Below, piece after piece: positions 42,453-52,579 of a stretch of DNA of 64,000 nucleotides. Origin of the DNA: an uncultured Clostridium sp. GTDB taxonomy: Bacteria > Bacillota > Clostridia > TANB77 > CAG-508. The position numbers and the translations under genes are program-made. The notes under the pieces were generated by a model. The model saw only the letters and a list, made by a program, of their open reading frames with translations, did not search any database and was not told the DNA's origin. The stretch lies in the NCBI GenBank assembly GCA_948468045.1, contig CAOKGO010000003.1, positions 12,834 to 76,833 of the forward strand, written 5' to 3'. The first letter of the stretch is position 1, and every line of letters starts with the position of its first letter.

Positions 42453-42523
42453 GCTTAATTTAGATATTTTTACAATTATCGTATATTTAGGAAAAATGAG
42501 AAATAAGAAAGGAATGGATTTTT

Positions 42524-43237
42524 ATGCAAAGAATTTTAAGTCATATGAGAAAAGCAATTGAAGAATATAAAATGATAGAAGATGGCGACAAAATCGCCGT
42601 TTGTTTGTCTGGTGGCAAAGATTCTATTACTTTGTTAAATTGCTTTAAAGCTCTTCAAAGATTTTATCCCAAAAATTTTGAAATAATCGCTATTAGCATA
42701 AATCCTGGATTTGAACATTTTGATACTACTTTTTTACAAAATATTTGTGATAATTTAGAAATTCCATTATTTATTGAAAAAAGTAATGCAAAAGAAATTG
42801 TCTTTGACATCAGGAAAGAAAAAAATCCATGTTCTTTGTGTGCAAATTTGCGTAGAGGTGTCATAAATTCTATTGCAATTCGAGAAAACTGCAATAAAAT
42901 TGCATTAGGACATAATCAAGATGATGTTCTAGAAACATTTTTATTAAATTTACTTTATACTGGAAATATCGGAACATTTTCTCCTGTTAGTTACATGGAC
43001 CGTTCTAAAATCACATTAATTAGACCTTTAATATATACTCCTGAAAAAGAAATTCGAAGCTTTATCCGTAAAAATAATATATCTGTTATGCCAAAAGTTT
43101 GCCCAATGGATGGTACTTCAAAAAGAGAAAATATGAAAGAATTAATTTTTACTTTGACTAAAAATATTCCTATGGTACGTGCAAATTTATTTGGTGCAAT
43201 CCAAAGAAATTTAGATGACTGGAAAATGTCGCATTAG
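42524..43237 (+). CDS. ttcA: PP-loop ATPase, TtcA-like tRNA thiolation enzyme
   Basis: CLSGGKDS PP-loop, CSLCANLRRG, and GHNQDD. Confidence 0.75.
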   Translation: MQRILSHMRKAIEEYKMIEDGDKIAVCLSGGKDSITLLNCFKALQRFYPKNFEIIAISINPGFEHFDTTFLQNICDNLEIPLFIEKSNAKEIVFDIRKEKNPCSLCANLRRGVINSIAIRENCNKIALGHNQDDVLETFLLNLLYTGNIGTFSPVSYMDRSKITLIRPLIYTPEKEIRSFIRKNNISVMPKVCPMDGTSKRENMKELIFTLTKNIPMVRANLFGAIQRNLDDWKMSH

Positions 43238-43262
43238 GGACGTTTCCCTTGCGACATTTCCA
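43228..43262. terminator. bidirectional hairpin overlapping the convergent ttcA and pgm stop codons
   Basis: ATGTCGCA TTAGGGACGTTTCCCT TGCGACAT. The loop contains TAGGGAC (rc GTCCCTA), as in the other GC-rich hairpin families. Confidence 0.6.
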
Positions 43263-44970
43263 TCATTGCTTTTTCTAGTTCTTGTATTTTTTGTTCTGCA
43301 TCTTGTTTTGATGTACCTTTTACACCCATATATAGCTTGATTTTTGGTTCTGTTCCAGATGGTCTTATACAACACCAAGCATCATCTTCTAGCTCATAAT
43401 ACAATACATTTGATTGTGGTAATCCTGTTTTTGTAATTTCTCCTGTTTCCATATTTTTAACTATATCTTTTTCTACATCTTTAAATGTTAATAATTTATA
43501 ATTTCCTATTTTTTTAACCTCTGTATTTCTCATTTTTGTCATCATTTCTTGAATTTCTTTTGCACCTTGTGATCCCTCTCTTACAATTGATGGCTGTGCT
43601 TCTTTATAATATCCATATTTTATATATATGTCATTCATTGCATCCCATAAGGTTTTATTTTGTGATTTATAGTAACAAGCTGCTTCACAAAGTGCCATAA
43701 CTGCTGCAATACCGTCTTTGTCTCTTGCATAGTCCCCAATTAAACAACCATAACTTTCTTCATATCCAAATACATATGTTTTGTCTTTGTTTTCTTCTGC
43801 CTTTTTCATTACTGCTCCAATGTTTTTAAATCCTGTTAAAACTTCTATACATTCTAGATTATAGTTTTTAGCAATTGCCTTTGCCAAGTTTGAAGACACT
43901 ATTGTTGTTATAAACATTCCATTACTTGGTAATATTTTCTTTTCTTGCATTTGTGATATTCTGTATTCTGCAATAAGTAATGCTGACATATTTCCTGTGT
44001 AATTCATATATTCACCTGTAATATTGTCTTTTGCAAATATCCCTAGACGATCTGCATCTGGATCAGTTGCTAAAACAACATCTGCATCTACTTTTTTTGC
44101 TAATTCTAATGCTAATTTGAATGCTTTTGGGTCTTCTGGATTTGGGTATTCAACTGTTGGGAAGTTTCCGTTTGGCTCACTTTGCTCTGGTACAACATAT
44201 ACATTTTCTAATCCCAATTCCCCTAGAAGTCTTGATGCTATTGTGTTTCCTGTTCCATGTAAAGGTGTATATACTACTTTTAAATTTTTCCCCTGCTCTT
44301 TCATTATTTGTGGATTTAATACACAATTTTTTAAGGTATTTAGGTATTTATCGTCCATCTCTGTTCCAATTATAGTTAATAATCCATCTTTAACTGCCTC
44401 TTGTTCTGTTATTTGTTTGATTTCTTTGAAATTTTCTACTGCTCTTACTTTACTTATTATGTCTTTATCTCTTGGTGATACAATTTGTGAACCATCATCC
44501 CAATATACTTTATATCCGTTGTATTTTGGTGGGTTGTGGCTTGCTGTAATCATAACTCCTGCTGTACACCCTAGATTTCTTATTGCAAAAGATAATTCTG
44601 GCACAGGTCTTAAGTTTTCAAATAAATATGCTTTTATTCCATTTGCACACAATATAAGTGCTGTTTGCATACTAAATTCTTTTGACATTTTCCTAGAGTC
44701 ATAGCTTATTAGCACACCTTTATTTTGTGTTCCTTGCTCTAAAATGTAATTTGCAAGTCCTTGGGTTGCTTTTCCTACTGTATATTTGTTCATTCTGTTT
44801 GTTCCTGCTCCTATAATTCCTCTTAAACCTGCTGTTCCAAATTCTAGTTCTTTGTAAAATCTATCTTCAATTTCTTTTTCATCTTTTTGAATTTCCAATA
44901 ATTCTTTTTTTGTTTCTTCGTCAAAATCTGGACTTTCGCACCATTTTTTGTATTCTTCTAAATAATTCAT
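43234..44970 (-). CDS. pgcA: phosphoglucomutase/phosphomannomutase (PgcA-like)
   Basis: Active-site loop ITASHNPPKYNGYK and DPDADR metal loop. 578 aa. Confidence 0.9.
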   Translation of the reverse strand: MNYLEEYKKWCESPDFDEETKKELLEIQKDEKEIEDRFYKELEFGTAGLRGIIGAGTNRMNKYTVGKATQGLANYILEQGTQNKGVLISYDSRKMSKEFSMQTALILCANGIKAYLFENLRPVPELSFAIRNLGCTAGVMITASHNPPKYNGYKVYWDDGSQIVSPRDKDIISKVRAVENFKEIKQITEQEAVKDGLLTIIGTEMDDKYLNTLKNCVLNPQIMKEQGKNLKVVYTPLHGTGNTIASRLLGELGLENVYVVPEQSEPNGNFPTVEYPNPEDPKAFKLALELAKKVDADVVLATDPDADRLGIFAKDNITGEYMNYTGNMSALLIAEYRISQMQEKKILPSNGMFITTIVSSNLAKAIAKNYNLECIEVLTGFKNIGAVMKKAEENKDKTYVFGYEESYGCLIGDYARDKDGIAAVMALCEAACYYKSQNKTLWDAMNDIYIKYGYYKEAQPSIVREGSQGAKEIQEMMTKMRNTEVKKIGNYKLLTFKDVEKDIVKNMETGEITKTGLPQSNVLYYELEDDAWCCIRPSGTEPKIKLYMGVKGTSKQDAEQKIQELEKAMMEMSQGKRP

Positions 44971-44982
44971 ATTTCCTCCTTT

Positions 44983-45016
44983 ATGAGACAGTAGGGACAG
45001 GTCTTAAATGTCTCAT
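44983..45016. terminator. GC-rich hairpin ATGAGACAGTAGGGACAGGTCTTAAATGTCTCAT (family copy 3, inverted)
   Basis: Reverse complement of the 3608 and 13672 element. Confidence 0.6.
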
Positions 45017-45036
45017 TTTTATTTACTTATTATAAA

Positions 45037-45068
45037 TAGGATTTTGGGGCCGTCCCTAAATCCTATTT
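45037..45068. terminator. GC-rich hairpin AGGATTTTGGGGCCGTCCCTAAATCCT (family copy 2)
   Basis: Near-identical to 35759..35790. It overlaps the stop codon of the 45063..46304 gene. Confidence 0.65.
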
Positions 45069-46304
45069 CATAAATTTTTGATATAGTTCTCTTGCTGTTT
45101 TGGGACAATCAACTCCTGCTGTATCTGCATTTTTAACTGGTGCAAATTCTTCTTCTCTTTTTACTCTAAGTATTGCCATGTCATCTACTTCTCCAAATGC
45201 GTCAAATAAAAATGCTTCAAATTTGTATGCATTAGGTGATGTTGGTTGTACTAATTTTCCATCTTTGTCTAAATAAGTTGCTTTTTTATATGCTACATGG
45301 TATGGTAATGGTGTTGACCCCATTCTTTCTACTGCATCTACTCTAAATAAGTTGCAAAGTATATGAGATTCTCCGTATAATAGTTCTCCATTTTCGTCTG
45401 TTGCTTCTGCCATTTCTTCTGTTATTTCTGAATATTCTATTACATTTGGCTTTCCATTTCTTCTACAAAATACTCCCACTTTTTCTTGTGGGTTTGCTTT
45501 TACAACAGATTTGCATGCAACTGTTACTTCTTTGTCTATTGCAATTCCCATTAATACTGGGTCTACCATTTTTGCTAAACAGTTATCTACTCCTGCAATA
45601 AATACCCATTCTATTCCTATTTGTTTCATTTCTTTTGTCATTCCAGTTTTTAAAAGTGATTCGTAAATTCCACCATGCCCGTCTGCTGCTTGCTTAATTA
45701 GCCCATCTTCTCCTATTAATATCTTCCCTTCTGTGTCCATCATTGGTAGTTCTCCTTGATTGAAGAAGAATATGTTTTTATTTCTTTGATATCCAAAATA
45801 CCTATTTTTTTCAAAAAATTCGATGGTTTCTTTGTTGTTTTCTCTGCTTGTCATTATAAACCACGGAATTGTAACATTGTACTTTTTGCCCTCTTCTTTT
45901 AAATGGTCACATAGTAATTCAAATAGTGATTTATGTGATGTTAGCCCTATGTCATATGTTCCTTTTGGTCCTTTATGACCTAGTCTTGTTCCTTGCCCTC
46001 CTGCCATTGTTACTGCCGCAAGTTTTCCTTCCATAATTGCTTTTTTTCCTATATTCTCATAATATTTATAATCATCATATAATTTGTACTTGTCTAAATA
46101 TTCGATTGGTGTGATTTTGTCTTCTTGTTTCTCCTTTTTTCCTACACTTTGGTATAAACTATTTGCCAATTCAAAGTCAATTTCTTCAATTTGATTTAAT
46201 AACTCTTTTTTGTATGTTTCATCTAATGTTTCATAATGATTTAGTAAATGTTCTTGACCATATTTTTTTAAAATAATTTTTATTTCTTCTAATTTATCTT
46301 CCAT
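45063..46304 (-). CDS. UDP-sugar pyrophosphorylase (UDPGP/UAP1 family)
   Basis: MAGGQGTRLGHKGPKGTY nucleotide-binding loop, ..FFNQG..PDGHGGIY. Confidence 0.75.
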   Translation of the reverse strand: MEDKLEEIKIILKKYGQEHLLNHYETLDETYKKELLNQIEEIDFELANSLYQSVGKKEKQEDKITPIEYLDKYKLYDDYKYYENIGKKAIMEGKLAAVTMAGGQGTRLGHKGPKGTYDIGLTSHKSLFELLCDHLKEEGKKYNVTIPWFIMTSRENNKETIEFFEKNRYFGYQRNKNIFFFNQGELPMMDTEGKILIGEDGLIKQAADGHGGIYESLLKTGMTKEMKQIGIEWVFIAGVDNCLAKMVDPVLMGIAIDKEVTVACKSVVKANPQEKVGVFCRRNGKPNVIEYSEITEEMAEATDENGELLYGESHILCNLFRVDAVERMGSTPLPYHVAYKKATYLDKDGKLVQPTSPNAYKFEAFLFDAFGEVDDMAILRVKREEEFAPVKNADTAGVDCPKTARELYQKFMK

Positions 46305-46458
46305 AGCTTTACTTCCTTTCTTTATGCTAAATGGATACTTTAAATTGTACTTATTTGTCTTATTATTTATACACTATTTTAGAAAAATTAGCAACTGTTT
46401 TTATTTTTTTATTTTTAATTATTATAATTGTGTTCTATTTATAACTAAATATTTGTTA

Positions 46459-46600
46459 GAACAAAAGGGGCATGATTAAGATACTTTGCCTTTTAGATTA
46501 TTTATATGCCCCGTCTTTGTTCGCCCGCGAAAATTGCAAAGCAATTTTTTCGTGGAACGCTTTATATTATAGGAAGTTCTAAGAACTTTCCTATAATATA
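46459..46600 (+). repeat. three-hairpin intergenic repeat, locus 7 (complete type 1 unit)
   Basis: GAACAAAAGGGGCATGA..ATGCCCCGTCTTTGTTC; CGCGAAAATTGCAAAGCAATTTTTTCG; ATATTATAGGAAGTTCTAAGAACTTTCCTATAATAT. Confidence 0.85.
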
Positions 46601-46607
46601 ATAAAAT

Positions 46608-46711
46608 CGCCAAAGAATGGATATAAACATTGAATGTAATGGCAATATGATTGAAAGTAACTTAGAGATTACTAATAAATGTATAAAATGTTTATATTTA
46701 ATTCTTTGACG
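46608..46711. repeat. about 104-nt imperfect palindrome next to repeat locus 7
   Basis: The arms CGCCAAAGAATGGATATAAACATT and AATGTTTATATTTAATTCTTTGACG flank a loop of about 55 nt. Confidence 0.55.
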
Positions 46712-46790
46712 ACTTGTTTTTAAGCTGTAAATAGTAAATATAGTAAAAAATTAACATTATGCTAATATTTTAAGACTTTTCAATTTGTTT

Positions 46791-47255
46791 TTATATTTCC
46801 TTTTCTCCTGTTGTCTGTAATATTTTATTATATTGTTTTACTATTTTATTTGATTTTTCACCTATTTCTTCTATATCATAACAATCTATTATTTTTACTG
46901 TTTTTTCTTGTGGTAAATATTTTTCTATATTTTTATTAATATTATTTATATAATTTTCTTTTCCTTTAATAAATATTATCATATTTTTTTGTAATTTATT
47001 TTTTATTTCTTTTATTTTTGTTTCATCATCATTTTTCCAATTTAATTTTAATATTTTTTGCTTTTTCTCTTCTTTTATATTTGTTTTTTCTAGAAGATTT
47101 TTTACTGTGTTTTCTAAATCATTTTCTGTTAGGATAATAATTTCGTTGTCATTTGTAATTTTCCTATCAATATATGGCAAACTTATCATTTCAAAATGAT
47201 AATCACTTGCACAAAATGCACATATTTTTTCCTTGGTATTTCCGATTTTATTCAT
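46791..47255 (-). CDS. hypothetical protein
   Basis: 154-aa ORF with a GGGAGAA RBS. No family recognised. Confidence 0.4.
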   Translation of the reverse strand: MNKIGNTKEKICAFCASDYHFEMISLPYIDRKITNDNEIIILTENDLENTVKNLLEKTNIKEEKKQKILKLNWKNDDETKIKEIKNKLQKNMIIFIKGKENYINNINKNIEKYLPQEKTVKIIDCYDIEEIGEKSNKIVKQYNKILQTTGEKEI

Positions 47256-47457
47256 TTGAAATTCTCCCTTTTCTTTTCATTTTTGACTACTGGTAAATTT
47301 TACCATTTCTTTACAAATATGTCAATAATATTTCAAATAAATTTCATTTATTTTTTTCGTATTGTATTTTTTATCCTAATTTAGTATAAAATTTTCTAAT
47401 TTGTTAATAATTAATAGTAAAGAATATTTTTGAAAAAATAGTTTTTGGAGGTAACTT

Positions 47458-48100
47458 ATGAAAAAAAATTTAAAAATGGTAATGATATTAACTTTCCTTC
47501 TTTTTATATATACATCAATTTGTGCTTTTTCATATGCAAATAATGTATCTTCTAATATAGCACAAAGTGTGTTTCGCTTGCATGTTCTTGCAAATAGTGA
47601 TAGTAAGGAAGACCAAGATTTAAAATATATAGTTCGTGATAATTTATTAAATTATATGAATTCTATTTGCGGAAATTGTACTTCTAAGGAAGAAGCTATT
47701 ACTCTTGTTTCAGAAAATAAAGACAAGTTTGAACAAATTGCAATTCAAACTATAAAAGAACATGGTTATGATTATAGTGTTAAAATTAATATTGGTAATT
47801 TTGAATTTCCTACAAAAAATTATGGTGATATTTCACTACCAGCTGGATATTATGATGCTTTAAGAGTGGAAATTGGAGAAGCAAAAGGGCAAAACTGGTG
47901 GTGTGTGATGTTCCCTCCTTTATGTTTTGTTGATGTTTCTTCTGGCGTTGTTCCTGATGAGTCAAAAGAATTAATGGAAAATAATTTGTCTGAAGAAGAA
48001 TTTGCTCTTGTATCTGAAAGATCTAATGATGAAATTCAATTTAAGTTTAAACTATTAGAATTTTTTGCAAATAACCGGACTAATTACTGCTAAAAAGTAG
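47458..48100 (+). CDS. spoIIR: stage II sporulation protein R; C-terminal in-frame CGG (48076..48078), end is 48093 or 48100 depending on decoding
   Basis: Signal peptide plus SVFRLHVLANSDSKEDQDLKYIVRDNLL..GQNWWCVMFPPLCF, typical of SpoIIR. The zero-frame tail is ..FANNRTNYC*. The +1 tail is ..FANN-G-LITAKK*. Homology cannot decide between them here. Confidence 0.8.
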
Positions 48101-48342
48101 TATCTTAAAACTGGTTCATAAATTATTGTGAATTTAAGTTAATATATATTATTTTAGGTTGGTTCTAGCACAATTGTGCTTAAATCAACTTTTTAATTAT
48201 TTCAATTGTATATTTTTATTATTTTATATTAGTATTAATACTATCTATCTCAACTAAAGTTGTACAAAATAGTTGCAAACATTTTTAGTTTATGATATAT
48301 TTGAAATACATTAATTAAATGCAATTTTAGGGGGTTTTTTAA

Positions 48343-49603
48343 TTGGAAAAATTAGTAGTAAAAGGACCAACACCTTTAAAAGGTGAGGTTACCATTAGTG
48401 GAGCTAAAAACGCAGCTGTTGCAATTCTGCCTGCTACACTTTTAATTGATGGTAGCTGTACAATCGAAAATTTACCAAATATAAGTGATATAAAAATATC
48501 TTGTAATATATTAGAAAAATTAGGTGCTAAAATAACTTGGAATAATAAAAATAGTATTACTATTGATACTTCAAATTTAACAACCACAAAAGCACCTCTA
48601 GATTTAACAAGTAAATTTAGGGCTTCTTATTATATGATAGGAGCAATGCTTAGTAGAAAAGGAGAAATTGAAGTTGGTATGCCAGGTGGATGTAAGCTTG
48701 GTGCTAGACCGATTGACCAACATATTAAGGGATTTGAACGCCTAGGTGCAAATGTTACCGTAGAAAAAGGAACCATTTATGCTAAAGCAAAAAAATTAAC
48801 TGGTTGCCCAATTTATATGGATATTGTTTCTGTTGGTGCTACTATTAATGTTATGCTAGCAAGTGTTTTAGCCAAAGGTACAACTATTATTGACAATGCT
48901 GCTAAAGAACCTCATATTGTTGATGTTGCCAATTTTTTAAATACTATGGGTGCTGATATTAGAGGTGCTGGAACTGATGTAATCAAAATTAATGGTGTTG
49001 AAAGATTAGCACGGAAATGCAACTTATTCAGTTGTTCCTGATCAAATTGAGGCAGGTACTTTTATGCTTGCTGCTATTGCTACTAAAGGTGATATTATAA
49101 TTAAAAATTGTATTACTAAACATTTAGAGTCAATTACTGCAAAAATTATTGAAGTTGGCGGAAATGTAGAAGATAATATTGATAGTATTCGTGTGTGGTG
49201 TAATAAAAGACCTAATAAGGCTACTATAAAAACTTTGCCATATCCAGGTTTTCCAACTGATTTACAACCACAAATGGGTGTTGTTTTGTCTTTGTCTAAT
49301 GGTAATAGTATGATACATGAAAGCATTTGGGATTCTAGATTTCAATATACGGACGAGCTTAATAAAATGGGTGCTAAAATAACAGCACAAGGAAAATCTG
49401 CATTTTTTGAAGGAGTTAAAAAGCTTACTGGTGCACCAGTTTATTCATCTGACTTACGTGCTGGTGCTGCTCTTGTTATTGCGGGAACAGCAGCAGATGG
49501 TATTACGGAAATCTATAATTTAGAACATATTGATAGAGGTTATGAAAATATAGAAGATAAATTTAGAAAACTTGGGGCTAAAATTGAAAGAGTTACAGAA
49601 TAA
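48343..49603 (+). CDS. murA: UDP-N-acetylglucosamine 1-carboxyvinyltransferase; needs a +1 shift at in-frame CGG (49012..49014)
   Basis: TTG start. Track ORFs 48343..49041 and 49064..49603. The junction GCA-CGG-AAA read as A-(C)GGA gives ..[41 protein letters not shown]... Confidence 0.9.
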
Positions 49604-49673
49604 TAATTAACTTAATAAATTTTTCTAGAAATTTATTAATGTATAATTTTAAGAAAACAAAGGAAATAAAGTC

Positions 49674-50465
49674 ATGTTAAATTTTTGTAGTTTATATAGT
49701 GGTAGTAGTGGAAATAGTTTATTTGTAGAAACTCAAAATACTAAGCTTTTAATTGATGCTGGTGTAAGTAGCAAAAAGATTGAAAAAGCTTTAGAAGATT
49801 TAGAAATTGAGCCATCTTCTTTAGATGGCATTTTAATTACACATGAGCATTCAGACCATGTACAAGGATTAGGAACTTTTTCTAAAAAGTTTGATTTGCC
49901 TGTTTTTGTTAATCAAGAAACATTAGATGCTATGCCAAAACAGAAAGATAAAATTTCAAGCAATAATATTAAAACTTTTAAAATTGCAGATAAATTTTCA
50001 ATTGGTGATTTAGATATTAAACCATTTTCTATTCCCCATGATGCTGCTAACCCTTGTGGTTTTAATATTTGGAATAAAGATAAAAAATTAAGTATTGCAA
50101 CTGATATTGGTCATATGACAAATAATATTTTAAAACAATTAGAGGAAAGTTTATTTGTTATGTTAGAAGCTAATTATGACCCAGAGGTTTTGCGTTGTTC
50201 CTCTTATCCTTTCCCACTAAAAACAAGGATTGCTGGTCCTACTGGTCATTTGTCTAACGAAATTGCTGGAAAGACAATTTCTTATTTATTAAAATCTGGT
50301 CTTAAAAATGCCATGCTTGGACATTTAAGTAAAGAGAGTAATTTTCCTGAACTTGCTTATCAAACTGTTGTTGATGAATTAATTTGTAATTCTTGTTTTA
50401 ATGATGGTAGTCTTGGTTTGAGTGTAGCAAGTAGAGATTCTCATAGCGAATTATTACATATTTAA
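49674..50465 (+). CDS. MBL-fold metallo-hydrolase (YycJ/WalJ-like)
   Basis: LITHEHSDH motif. 263 aa. Confidence 0.8.
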   Translation: MLNFCSLYSGSSGNSLFVETQNTKLLIDAGVSSKKIEKALEDLEIEPSSLDGILITHEHSDHVQGLGTFSKKFDLPVFVNQETLDAMPKQKDKISSNNIKTFKIADKFSIGDLDIKPFSIPHDAANPCGFNIWNKDKKLSIATDIGHMTNNILKQLEESLFVMLEANYDPEVLRCSSYPFPLKTRIAGPTGHLSNEIAGKTISYLLKSGLKNAMLGHLSKESNFPELAYQTVVDELICNSCFNDGSLGLSVASRDSHSELLHI

Positions 50466-50509
50466 TTATTATATTTGTAAAGTTTATATATTTTTAGGGA
50501 GTAATAATA

Positions 50510-50990
50510 ATGTTAAATATTCAAGTTATTTGTATTGGTAAATTAAAGGAAACTTATTTAAAAGATGCTATAAATGAATATAGTAAGCGTTTGTCTAAAT
50601 ATTGTAAGTTAGATATTATTGAGCTTCCAGATGAAAAAGTGCCAGAAAAGTTAAATCCTAATTTAGAAAATGATATTAAAATAAAAGAATGTAATAATAT
50701 TCTTCGTCATATAAAAAAAGATTCTTATGTTATTAGCTTGGATTTAACAGGAAAGCAGTTTACTTCAGAAGATTTTTCTACTAAAATAGAACATATTTCT
50801 ATGACATCTAGTCATATAACTTTTATTATTGGTGGTTCTTTAGGCTTAACTAAAAGTTTACTAGATTTTTCTAATGAAAAAATATGTTTTTCTAAAATGA
50901 CTTTCCCTCATCAATTAATTCGTGTTTTTTTATTGGAACAATTATTTAGAAGCTTTAAGATTTCAAATCGGCGAAACATACCATCGCTAA
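50510..50990 (+). CDS. rlmH: 23S rRNA (pseudouridine1915-N3)-methyltransferase RlmH; conserved C-terminus only after a +1 shift at in-frame CGG (50969..50971)
   Basis: SPOUT fold (IIGGSLGL..FSKMTFPHQLIRVFLLEQLFRSFKI). The zero-frame tail is SNRRNIPSLIFIA*. The +1 reading gives SN-G-ETYHR*, matching the family ending (..N.GE.YHK/R). Confidence 0.85.
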
Positions 50991-51325
50991 TCTTTATAGC
51001 TTAGCTCTATTGATTTTATAAATATATTTCTTAGAACTAAATATATCAAATATTAATTTGTAGAGAAAATATAAGAATAAATAAAAAGACTAATTATAGG
51101 GGCTGAACTTAAAATTCATTATTGGCATTTTTATATTATTTTTTTGGGGGATATTTTCTCTACAAAAATAAAAACTTAATTTAATTAGATATTTTTTTTG
51201 AAATTTTTTTTGCTAGTTTCCAAATTATAATTTTCCTAACAATAAAAAAACTAATGATAAATAATAAAATTTTTATAATCATGAACAAATTATACTATCA
51301 TTTTTTATATTTGTCAATAAAAACT

Positions 51326-51853
51326 TTACGACATAATTCTACATATTCCTACACTCACAAGGATTCCAACTATATCTGCTGTTAGACATGCAAGTAAAAT
51401 AAATCTTGTCTTTTTTATTTTTACACAACTTGTATAAATAGCAATAGTATATAATGTTGTCTCTGTTGAACCCATAATTGTAGATGCTATCATTCCAATA
51501 CTTGTATCTACTCCATATGTTTTCATTATATCTGTTGCTACTGCAATAGAACCACTTCCAGAAATTGGTCTTAACATTGCAAGTGGCATAATTTCACTTG
51601 GAAAATGAATTATATTTAAAAAAGGCATTACAAAACGAATTATTAAATCTAAAATTCCTGAACTTCTTAAAGCTCCTATTGCTATAAATAATCCTATTAA
51701 TGTAGGTAAAATACTAATAACTATTCCTAATCCCTCTTTTGCACCATCTAAAAAATCATCAAAAACTTTATTTTTTTCAAGTAATCCATATGTAACAATA
51801 ATTAAAATTACAAATGGCATAGCTAAATTAGATACAAAATTAAGAATTTGCAT
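51326..51853 (-). CDS. spmB: spore maturation protein B
   Basis: 175-aa polytopic nucleoside-recognition-type membrane protein downstream of spmA. Confidence 0.8.
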   Translation of the reverse strand: MQILNFVSNLAMPFVILIIVTYGLLEKNKVFDDFLDGAKEGLGIVISILPTLIGLFIAIGALRSSGILDLIIRFVMPFLNIIHFPSEIMPLAMLRPISGSGSIAVATDIMKTYGVDTSIGMIASTIMGSTETTLYTIAIYTSCVKIKKTRFILLACLTADIVGILVSVGICRIMS

Positions 51854-51871
51854 TTCCCTACACCTTTCTTT

Positions 51872-52454
51872 CTAAATCCTACTTTTTTTTATTAATATTT
51901 TTGCTACAAAAATCCCTGCTATGGCTGCACATATTGTTGCTATCCAAACTGGAAAAATAATAGATGTAGGATTTTCAGAGCCTAATGAACTTCTAATAGC
52001 AATTACAGTTGTTGGAATAATTTGGATAGAAGCTGTATTTAAAACTATAAACATTAACATTGAATTACTTAAAATATCTTTTTTAGGATTTTCGTTTTGC
52101 ATTGATTTCATTGCTTTTAATCCAAGTGGAGTTGCTGCATTTCCTAATCCTAAAATATTTGCAATCATATTCATTGAAATTTCTTTCTGAATTTGTTTAT
52201 TTTTCTTCATTTCTGGAAATAATATTTTTATAATGGGAACTAAAAAATTTGTTAATTTATCTATTATGCTTGTTTTACTAGCAATTTGCATTATTCCATT
52301 CCATAAACAAATTGTTCCGAAGTAAATTAATTGATAAACTAATAGCATCATTGGTGCTTTGAAATATAGAAGAATTCAGTTGTTCTATATTTCCCGAAAA
52401 AATTGCATATGAGAATGCTATAATAATAAATAATGGCCATATTTTGTTTAACAT
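51872..52454 (-). CDS. spmA: spore maturation protein A; needs a +1 shift at in-frame CGG (52319..52317)
   Basis: Track ORFs 52278..52481 and 51872..52351. The junction CTT-CGG-AAC read as L-(C)GGA gives ..DAISLSINLL-G-TICLWNGIMQIASKTSIIDKL... ATG at 52454 after GGTGA. Confidence 0.8.
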
Positions 52455-52579
52455 ACGTATCACCAAAATAATTTTATTCAAAATTCAATTTTTTATTACA
52501 ATATAATTGACCTCAATTTTTATTTATGATATATTAATAATATAAGGATTGTTTAAATAACTTTTAAGGAGGGATTAAT

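Noticed and set aside
51058-51165. 15-bp inverted repeat (TTGTAGAGAAAATAT / ATATTTTCTCTACAA) separated by about 78 nt, considered as MITE ends.
   Set aside because: It is a single occurrence with short arms and no target-site duplication that I could see. It may simply be part of the rlmH/spmB terminator region.
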